Source: Chloroflexota bacterium
Lineage (GTDB): Bacteria > Chloroflexota > UBA11872 > UBA12225
Assembly: GCA_035537855.1 (NCBI GenBank)
Contig: DATLLM010000091.1
Span: 1 to 34,337 of the forward strand
Length of the DNA stretch: 34,337 nucleotides
Direction: 5' to 3'
Numbering within the stretch: the first letter of the stretch is position 1; every line of letters begins with the position of its first letter. The translations under genes and the position numbers were made by a program. Positions 8,023-14,111 of the stretch are shown here, piece after piece. The notes under the pieces are model-generated. The model was given only the letters and a program-made list of their open reading frames with translations. It ran no database searches and had not been told where the DNA came from.

Positions 8023-9003
8023 GTGGTGGACGACTCAGGGAGCGCTCTCCGACCGGAGGCGGCGCCCGGCCTCCGCGTCGTCCTGCTGGTGAACCCGGAA
8101 GCCGGGCTGCGGCCGGCGGCGCCGGAGGCCCTGGCCGGCGCCCTGCGCGCCCGCGGGGCCAGCGTCGAGGTGATCAACACCGGCCAGCGCGGGGACGGCG
8201 TGACCATCTCCCGCCGGGTGGCCGGGGAGGGCGCAGACGTCGTCATGGTCTGCGGCGGCGACGGCACGGTCAACGAGGCGGTCAACGGCCTGGCCGGCAC
8301 GGATACGGCCCTGGCCGTCTTCCCCGCCGGGACGGTCAACGTGTGGGCCCGCGAGGTGGGCGTTCCGGCCGATCCGGGGCGGGCGGCCGCCCTGCTGTGG
8401 GAGGGGGAGTGGCGCCGGGTCGACCTGGGCCGCGCCGGGGACACCTGCTTCTTGCTGATGGCCGGCGTCGGCTTCGACGCCGACGTCGCCTCCCAGGTGA
8501 CCCGGCCGGAGAAGCGCCGCTGGGGGCCGCTGGCCTACCTGGGGCGGGGGGTGGTCACCGCCCTGCGCTGGCCGCGGCAGCGGATGTGGCTGCAGCTGGA
8601 CGGGCGCATCCTGCGCCGGCGTTTGCTCTTCGTGCTCGTCGGCAACACCCGCCTCTACGGCGGGGTGGTGAACATCACCGACCGGGCGGTGGCGGACGAC
8701 GGTCAGCTCGACGTTTGCCTCTTCGGCGGTCAGGAAGGGGCCATGGATAAGGTGTGGCACCTGGTGCGCGTGGCCACGCGCAGCCACACCCGCCACCCCA
8801 CCGTGGAGTACTACCGGGCCAGGCGCATCACCCTGGTGACCCGCCCCAAGGTGTCCGTGCAGGTGGACGGGGACACCATCGGGCAGACGCCGATGACGTT
8901 CGAGGCCCTCCCCGGGGCGTTGCGCGTGGTGGTGCCCAGGGGCCGGCTGGACGGGCTCTTCCTGCAGCCGCCCGAACCCCGCCCGGCCGGCCGGGCCCGC
9001 TGA
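8023..9003 (+). CDS. Diacylglycerol-kinase-catalytic-domain lipid kinase (YegS/BmrU/DagK family)
   Basis: 326 aa with LRVVLLVNPEAG and VVMVCGGDGTVNEAVNGL (the DAGK_cat GGDG motif). The GTG start at 8023 (or 8026) lies only 10 nt after the tRNA and has no SD. Confidence 0.88.
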   Translation: MVDDSGSALRPEAAPGLRVVLLVNPEAGLRPAAPEALAGALRARGASVEVINTGQRGDGVTISRRVAGEGADVVMVCGGDGTVNEAVNGLAGTDTALAVFPAGTVNVWAREVGVPADPGRAAALLWEGEWRRVDLGRAGDTCFLLMAGVGFDADVASQVTRPEKRRWGPLAYLGRGVVTALRWPRQRMWLQLDGRILRRRLLFVLVGNTRLYGGVVNITDRAVADDGQLDVCLFGGQEGAMDKVWHLVRVATRSHTRHPTVEYYRARRITLVTRPKVSVQVDGDTIGQTPMTFEALPGALRVVVPRGRLDGLFLQPPEPRPAGRAR

Positions 9004-9111
9004 TGGCCGCGCGCCCGCGCCGGGGAGGGCGCCGGCGGCCCAAGGAGCCAGCGGCCCGGCCGACCCGCAGGGCGGCAAGGGAAGCAAGCGGGGCACAGGC
9101 AGAGGGGGGGG

Positions 9112-9186
9112 TGGAGGCGACGGCCGGAATCGAACCGGCGATAGAGCTTTTGCAGAGCTCCGCCTTAACCACTTGGCCACGTCGCC
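9112..9186 (-). tRNA. tRNA-Cys, anticodon GCA (CCA encoded)
   Basis: The reverse complement is GGCGACGTGGCCAAGTGGTTAAGGCGGAGCTCTGCAAAAGCTCTATCGCCGGTTCGATTCCGGCCGTCGCCTCCA. The anticodon loop is CTGCAAA, the discriminator is U, and the 3' end is CCA. Confidence 0.92.
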
Positions 9187-9261
9187 AGACGTGAAACGCG
9201 CCCCGCGGTACCGGATGTTGCCCTCCGGACTCGACGAGGCGCACCAGCACGTTACGCTGGG

Positions 9262-9333
9262 AGCGGAAGACGGGGATCGAACCCGCGACCTTCTCCTTGG
9301 CAAGGAGATGCTCTACCGCTGAGCCACTTCCGC
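9262..9333 (-). tRNA. tRNA-Gly, anticodon GCC
   Basis: The reverse complement starts GCGGAAGTGGCTCAGCGGTAGAGCATCTCCTTGCCAAGGAGAAGGTCGCGGGTTCGATCCCCGTCTTCCGCT. The anticodon loop is TTGCCAA. CCA is not encoded. Confidence 0.92.
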
Positions 9334-9350
9334 CAGGTCAGTGCCCGCCT

Positions 9351-9379
9351 ATTCTAACGCCCCGCTCGGCGGAACGCAA
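9351..9379 (-). promoter_or_regulatory. Candidate internal promoter TTGCGT-N17-TAGAAT upstream of tRNA-Gly
   Basis: The minus strand reads TTGCGT (9374-9379), a 17-nt spacer, then TAGAAT (9351-9356). The -10 ends 17 nt before the tRNA-Gly 5' end. Confidence 0.4.
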
Positions 9380-9402
9380 CGCCAGGCCGGCAACCGACTC
9401 GG

Positions 9403-9475
9403 TGCCGAGACGCAGATTTGAACTGCGGACACCACGATTTTCAGTCGTGTGCTCTACCAACTGAGCTATCTCGGC
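9403..9475 (-). tRNA. tRNA-Phe, anticodon GAA
   Basis: The reverse complement is GCCGAGATAGCTCAGTTGGTAGAGCACACGACTGAAAATCGTGGTGTCCGCAGTTCAAATCTGCGTCTCGGCA. The anticodon loop is CTGAAAA. CCA is not encoded. Confidence 0.93.
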
Positions 9476-9502
9476 GGACAGTTGTTAACGCCCCAAGCCC
9501 GG

Positions 9503-9575
9503 TGGGCGGTGAGGGGCTCGAACCCCCGACACCAGCGGTGTAAACGCTGTGCTCTGCCAGCTGAGCTAACCGCCC
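9503..9575 (-). tRNA. tRNA-Val, anticodon UAC
   Basis: The reverse complement is GGGCGGTTAGCTCAGCTGGCAGAGCACAGCGTTTACACCGCTGGTGTCGGGGGTTCGAGCCCCTCACCGCCCA. The anticodon loop is TTTACAC. CCA is not encoded. Confidence 0.93.
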
Positions 9576-9593
9576 CGGAACGGGATTGGAACG

Positions 9594-9683
<90 letters not shown>

Positions 9684-9693
9684 GTGACCGCAG

Positions 9694-9703
9694 TAGTATA
9701 CCA
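9694..9703. promoter_or_regulatory. Candidate bidirectional promoter with overlapping -10 hexamers around the palindrome GTATAC
   Basis: The minus strand has an extended -10, TGGTATACT (9695-9703), ending 11 nt before tRNA-Leu(GAG). The plus strand has TAGTAT (9694-9699) upstream of the glycan-cluster first gene. The two hexamers are offset by exactly 1 bp. Confidence 0.45.
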
Positions 9704-9735
9704 CTCCCCCGGCAGGCCGTTTGCCCATTGAGACC

Positions 9736-9996
9736 ATGCTCGCCCGCCTCCGGGAATCCGCCGCCCGCCTGCCGCCCGCGGCGGCGCTGCTGCGCCTCTA
9801 CGAGCGGCGCCCCTTCTTCACCGCCTGGCTCGTGCTGGCCGTGGGGATGGCCCTGGCCGTGCTCGTCTTCGGGCGCGACGTCGGCCTGACCGCCACCCAG
9901 CACGCCCTGCTGACGCTCCTCTGCCTCCCCCTGGCCTGGCTCTGCACCTGGATCATCTTCCTGGAGAGCGGGGAGGGCGTCGATGGCGCCGGCTGA
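9736..9996 (+). CDS. Small two-TM membrane protein (hypothetical), first gene of the glycan cluster
   Basis: 86 aa from ATG 9736 (the track ORF starts at TTG 9721). The hydrophobic segments are FFTAWLVLAVGMALAVLVF and ALLTLLCLPLAWLCTWIIF. The 3' end overlaps the GT2 start by 14 nt. Confidence 0.55.
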   Translation: MLARLRESAARLPPAAALLRLYERRPFFTAWLVLAVGMALAVLVFGRDVGLTATQHALLTLLCLPLAWLCTWIIFLESGEGVDGAG

Positions 9997-10963
9997 GCCC
10001 GCGGCCCGGCCGGCGGGCGACGCCCTGCGCGTCTCCCTGATCATCCCCACCTACAACGGGGCCCACCTGATGCCCGTCTGCCTCGACGCGATCGCCGCGC
10101 AGCGCCGGCGGCCGGACGAGACGGTGGTGGTGGACGACGCCTCGACGGACGGCACCGGCGCCCTGCTGGCGGCGCGCTACCCCTGGGTCCGGGTGGTGCG
10201 CCTGGAGACGAACCGGGGCTTCGCCGGCGCCGTCAACGCCGGCATCCGGGCGACCGCCGGGGAGGTCGCCGTCCTGCTGAACAACGACACCGAGGCCGAG
10301 CCGGGCTGGCTCGAAGCGCTGGTCGCCCCGCTGGAGGCCGATCCCGGGGTCGGCTTCTGCGCCTCGAAGCTGCTCCTCTTCGACCGGCGCGACCACCTGC
10401 ACTCCGCCGGGGACGGCTACAGCGTCGGCGGCGTGCCGGTCAATCGCGGGGCCTGGCAGCGCGACGACGGCCGCTTCGACGGCAGCGTCGAGGTCTTCGG
10501 GGCCTGCGCCGGGGCGGCCGCCTACCGCCGGCGGCTGCTGGACGAGGTGGGCGGCTTCGACGAGTGGCTCCACGCCTACCTCGAAGACGTCGATCTCTCC
10601 TGGCGGGCCCAGATGCGCGGCTGGCGCTGCCGCTTCGTCCCCGGGGCGCGCGTCTACCACCACGTCAGCGCCACCGGGGGCGGCGTCCGCCCCAGCTTCT
10701 ACTGCGGACGCAACTTCCTGCTCGTGCTGGCCAGCGACGTCCCGGCGCCCTTGCTGCGCCGGCACTGGCGGGCCATCCTGCGCGAGCAAGGGGGCATCGT
10801 CTGGGAGGCGCTGCGCCACCTGCGCGAGCCGGCCGCCCGGGCCCGCATCGCCGGCTATCTGGCCGGCGCGCGCGATCTGCCCGCCGCCTTCGCCCGCAGG
10901 CGGCGCATCCAGGCCGGCCGGACCGCCCCGATCGAACGCCTTGAGGCCCTGCTAGCCCCCTGA
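9983..10963 (+). CDS. Glycosyltransferase family 2 (WbbL/rhamnosyltransferase-like)
   Basis: 326 aa with VSLIIPTYNG, VVVDDASTDGT, NRGFAGAVNAG, LLNNDTE and YLEDVDLSWR. The SD GGGGAGGG lies upstream of ATG 9983. Confidence 0.9.
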   Translation: MAPAEPAARPAGDALRVSLIIPTYNGAHLMPVCLDAIAAQRRRPDETVVVDDASTDGTGALLAARYPWVRVVRLETNRGFAGAVNAGIRATAGEVAVLLNNDTEAEPGWLEALVAPLEADPGVGFCASKLLLFDRRDHLHSAGDGYSVGGVPVNRGAWQRDDGRFDGSVEVFGACAGAAAYRRRLLDEVGGFDEWLHAYLEDVDLSWRAQMRGWRCRFVPGARVYHHVSATGGGVRPSFYCGRNFLLVLASDVPAPLLRRHWRAILREQGGIVWEALRHLREPAARARIAGYLAGARDLPAAFARRRRIQAGRTAPIERLEALLAP

Positions 10964-10982
10964 TCGGCAGGGCCGGGACGGC

Positions 10983-10988
10983 TATACT
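10983..10988 (+). promoter_or_regulatory. Candidate -10 box TATACT upstream of the CxxC-protein gene
   Basis: The sequence reads ggcTATACTcgatctGGGAGAcgagcaacATG. The -35 is only weak (CTGATC at a 17-nt spacing). Confidence 0.3.
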
Positions 10989-11008
10989 CGATCTGGGAGA
11001 CGAGCAAC

Positions 11009-11431
11009 ATGGGGTTCTTCAGCCGGCTCTTCGGCGCCCTGCGCGGCGGCCCCGCGCCGGCCGCCGACGGCGCCGGGCGGAACGCCTTCTGGGTCTACGT
11101 GCGCTGCAAGGCCTGCGGCGAGCCCATCCGGGTGCGGGTGAATCGGGAGCACGACCTGTCGGCCGAGTACGAGGAGGGGAGCGACGCTCCCACCGGCTAT
11201 CTGGTGCACAAGGACGTGGTCGGGGAACGCTGCTTCCGCCGCATCCAGGTGGACATCACCCTGGACGGCCAGCGCAAGGTCACCGACCGCCAGATCCAGG
11301 GCGGCGACTTCCTGACCGCCGAAGAGTACGACGCGGCCGTGGCCGCGTTCGCCGCGAATCCGGACGCCGCCGGGTCGGTGGCGGGCACGCTGCCGCCGGC
11401 CAAACCGCCGGCCGCCCCTCCCGCGTCCTGA
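11009..11431 (+). CDS. Hypothetical CxxC (zinc-ribbon-like) protein with an N-terminal amphipathic segment and a Pro/Ala tail
   Basis: 140 aa: MGFFSRLFGALRG..., WVYVRCKACGEPIRVRV, YLVHKDVVGERCFRRIQV, and the tail PPAKPPAAPPAS. The SD GGGAGA precedes the ATG. High GC3 in this frame supports coding. Confidence 0.7.
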   Translation: MGFFSRLFGALRGGPAPAADGAGRNAFWVYVRCKACGEPIRVRVNREHDLSAEYEEGSDAPTGYLVHKDVVGERCFRRIQVDITLDGQRKVTDRQIQGGDFLTAEEYDAAVAAFAANPDAAGSVAGTLPPAKPPAAPPAS

Positions 11432-11463
11432 CCGTTCTCATTCTGTGCCCACCCTCGGGACGG

Positions 11464-11496
11464 GCCCGCGGCCGGCCCCGGTGGGGGGCCGCGGGC
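11464..11496 (+). terminator. GC-rich stem-loop after the CxxC gene (terminator-like, no U tract)
   Basis: GCCCGCGGCC (11464-11473) pairs perfectly with GGCCGCGGGC (11487-11496). There is an inner CCCC/GGGG stem with loop GGT. No T-run follows. Confidence 0.35.
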
Positions 11497-11516
11497 GGCG
11501 CCCCGGGTCGTCAGTA

Positions 11517-11538
11517 GCGTCGGGAACGCGTCGGGAAC
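11517..11538 (+). repeat. Perfect tandem direct repeat, 2 x 11 bp (GCGTCGGGAAC), ending 3 nt before the ATG of the Wzy_C-family gene
   Basis: The sequence reads taGCGTCGGGAACGCGTCGGGAACggaATG. The second copy supplies the only SD-like purine run (GGGAA). Confidence 0.8.
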
Positions 11539-11541
11539 GGA

Positions 11542-12984
11542 ATGCAGCTCGCCGGGCGTCGGTCGATCGCCCCCCGCTTGGCACGGCCCCTGGTGGTCGT
11601 CGCCGGAGCGGCCGCCGCCGCCGGGGCCGGCCGGCTGTCCGCCGCGCGCTCGCCGCTGGTGGCCGGCGGGCTGATCGCCGGCTGCGTCTTCGTCGTCGCC
11701 GCCCTGCGCCGCCCCCCGCTGGCCCTCTTCGGGCTGATCGCGGTCGTCGCCCTGCTGCCCTTCGGCGTGCTGCCGGTGCGGTTGGGCCTGGCCCCGACCC
11801 TGCTCGACCTGACCACCCTGCTCGTCTTCCTCATCTGGCTCGCCCTGGCCGCCGCCGGCCGGGCGCCGGCCCGCCTCACCGCACCGGGAGCCGCCCTGCT
11901 GGCGTTCGCCGCCGTCTCGGCGGCGGCCTACATTCTCTCCGGCGACGCCCTGCGCGCGGACGAGTACGGGCGCACCTTCCTCAAGCTCGTCCTGGCCACG
12001 CTCGTCTTCCTCCCCGTGCTCAACCTCGCCGCCCGCCCGGAGACGGTGCGCCGCCTGATCGGGTGGCTGCTGCTCGCCGCCGGCGCGGAGGCCTTCGCCG
12101 GGCTGGTGCTCTACGCCGCCCCCCGGGCCCTCTCGTACCGTGCCCTGGTCGCCCTGGGGCCGCTCGGCTACCCGACGGACGGCTCGGTGCTGCGCTACCG
12201 GCCGGACACGGAGATCCTGCGCGCCACGGGCACGTCGGTCGACCCGAACATGCTCGGCGCGCTGCTCATGGTGGCCGGGGCGATCGCCTGCGCCGTCGTG
12301 CTCGCCCCCCGCCCGGCGCTGCCCCGCTGGCTGACCGGCGGGTCGCTGGCGATCATCCTGCCCTGCCTGCTGCTGACCGAGTCCCGCGGCTCCTGGCTCG
12401 GGCTGGCCGCGGGCGCCGGCCTGGTGGCCCTGCTGCGCCACCGGCGCTTGCTGGTGGCCGGCCTCCTGCTCCTCCCCCTGCTGCTGGTCACGCCGGCGGC
12501 GGCGCGCTACACCGACCACCTCGTCTCCGGTCTGCGGGCGCAGGACCGGGCCAGCGCGATGCGCATCGGGGAGATCGAGAACGCGCTGGCCGTGATCGCC
12601 GACCATCCCTGGTTCGGCGCCGGCTGGGGCGAAGGCGGACAATCGATCGAGCTGAGCTTCACCCTCGGCGTCTCCAACATCTTCCTCACCGTCGCCGAGC
12701 GGTCGGGCCTGCCGGCGACCGTCGCCTACCTCGCCGCGCTGGCGGCGCTGGCCGGGACGCTCTGGCCGGCCGTGCGCCGCCGCCGGCGGGACCCGGCGGA
12801 CGACGGGCTGCTGCTGGGCTGCGCCGCCGCCCTGACCGGGGCGCTCGTGGCCGGCATGCTCGACCACCACTTCGTGCGCTTCCCGCACCTGGTCACCCTG
12901 CTCTGGGTGGTGGCGGGGCTGGCCGTGTCCCTGGCCCTGGCGCCGGACGCGGCCCGGTCCCCGGGCGGCCGGCGCCGCCGTTGA
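11542..12984 (+). CDS. O-antigen ligase / polymerase family (Wzy_C domain) polytopic membrane protein
   Basis: 480 aa with about 10 or more hydrophobic helices. It carries family-typical motifs: RATGTSVDPNMLGALL, LLTESRGSWLGL, HPWFGAGWG and SNIFLTVAERSGL. Confidence 0.82.
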   Translation: MQLAGRRSIAPRLARPLVVVAGAAAAAGAGRLSAARSPLVAGGLIAGCVFVVAALRRPPLALFGLIAVVALLPFGVLPVRLGLAPTLLDLTTLLVFLIWLALAAAGRAPARLTAPGAALLAFAAVSAAAYILSGDALRADEYGRTFLKLVLATLVFLPVLNLAARPETVRRLIGWLLLAAGAEAFAGLVLYAAPRALSYRALVALGPLGYPTDGSVLRYRPDTEILRATGTSVDPNMLGALLMVAGAIACAVVLAPRPALPRWLTGGSLAIILPCLLLTESRGSWLGLAAGAGLVALLRHRRLLVAGLLLLPLLLVTPAAARYTDHLVSGLRAQDRASAMRIGEIENALAVIADHPWFGAGWGEGGQSIELSFTLGVSNIFLTVAERSGLPATVAYLAALAALAGTLWPAVRRRRRDPADDGLLLGCAAALTGALVAGMLDHHFVRFPHLVTLLWVVAGLAVSLALAPDAARSPGGRRRR

Positions 12985-14111
12985 GACGTCCGCCCGGGCG
13001 GCCGCCGCGGATCGTCGCCGACGCCCGCCTGCTGCACTACAACCGGTCCGGCATCGGGCGCTACCTGCGCCACCTCTACGGCGCCCTCGCCCGCCTCCCG
13101 GCGGCGGAATCGCCCCTCGCCGGCGGCGCCCCCCCGCGCCGGGCGATCACCCTGCTCTACAGCCGGCGGGACACCGAGCGCCGCCTGAGCGGGGACTTCC
13201 GCGGGGGAACATCCTGGACGCCGGCGCACCACCGCCTGGAACGCTGGGCCCTGGCGGCCGAAGGCCTCCGCCTGCGCCCCGACCTGTGGCACGCGCCGGA
13301 CCACGTCTGCCCGCAGCCCGCCGGTTGGCGCACCGTGCTCACGGTGCACGACCTCGCGTTCTGGCGCCTGCCCCGGACGCACGCCGCGGACAGCCGGGCC
13401 TACTACGGCGGGCTGTGGCGCAGCGCCCGCCAGGCCACCCGGATCATCTGCGTCTCCCACGCCACCCGGCGCGACCTGCTCGCCGCCACCGGGGTGGCCG
13501 AGGCCAAGGTGCGGGTCGTGCCCGAGGCGCCAGACCCGCGCTACCGGGAGCCGGGGCCGCCGGGGCCGCCCGGGCCGCCGTATCTGCTCTGCGTCGGCAC
13601 GGTCGAGCCGCGCAAGAACCTGGAGTCGCTCTTTCGCGCCCTGGCCGCCCTGCCGCCGGCGGCCCGGCCGGAGGTGCGGATCGTCGGCGCCCCCGGCCTG
13701 GACGCGCCCGCCATCGCCGCCCTGCCGGCGCGTCTGGGGATCGCCGGGTCGGTGCGCTTCCTCGGGCGCCTGCCGACCGCGGAGGTGGCCGCCCTCTACC
13801 GCGGCGCCCTGGCCCTGGTCTACCCCTCGCTCCTGGAAGGGTTCGGGCTGCCGGTGCTGGAGGCGATGGCGGCCGGCGCGCCGGTGCTCGCGGCGGCCCG
13901 TTCGAGCATCCCGGAGGTGGCCGGGGACGCCGCCCTGTTGGTCGACCCGGAGGACACCCCGGCCTTCGCCGCGGCCGTGCAGCGGGTGGCCGAATCGGAG
14001 GCCCTGCGCCAGGACCTGCGCCGCCGCGGGCGGGAGCGGGCCGCCGGCTTCACCTGGGAACGGACGGCGCGCGAGACGCTCGCCGTCTTCGCCGAGGCCC
14101 TCGAAACGTGA
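12981..14111 (+). CDS. Glycosyltransferase family 4 (GT-B, GT1-type)
   Basis: This is the C-terminal part of the 888-aa track ORF. It runs from TTG 12981, which overlaps the upstream TGA (TTGA), to TGA 14111. Motifs are RIVADARLLHYNRSGIGRY, GTVEPRKNLESL and the EX7E motif PSLLEGFGLPVLEAMAAGAPV. The start is inferred. Confidence 0.82.
   Translation: MRRPPGRPPRIVADARLLHYNRSGIGRYLRHLYGALARLPAAESPLAGGAPPRRAITLLYSRRDTERRLSGDFRGGTSWTPAHHRLERWALAAEGLRLRPDLWHAPDHVCPQPAGWRTVLTVHDLAFWRLPRTHAADSRAYYGGLWRSARQATRIICVSHATRRDLLAATGVAEAKVRVVPEAPDPRYREPGPPGPPGPPYLLCVGTVEPRKNLESLFRALAALPPAARPEVRIVGAPGLDAPAIAALPARLGIAGSVRFLGRLPTAEVAALYRGALALVYPSLLEGFGLPVLEAMAAGAPVLAAARSSIPEVAGDAALLVDPEDTPAFAAAVQRVAESEALRQDLRRRGRERAAGFTWERTARETLAVFAEALET

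Noticed and set aside
9004-9111. 108-nt convergent gap between the lipid kinase and tRNA-Cys as a possible ncRNA or bidirectional terminator
   Set aside because: I could find only short, imperfect GC pairings. There is no convincing stem-loop, U tract or conserved-looking motif.
11445-12980. Upstream extension of the 888-aa ORF, and the similar extensions 13286-14107, 15868-16350, 28442-29017 and 29952-30260
   Set aside because: Each extension overlaps a well-supported upstream gene in another frame and translates to Arg/Pro/Gly-rich junk. The recognisable domains begin at starts that overlap the upstream stop codons.
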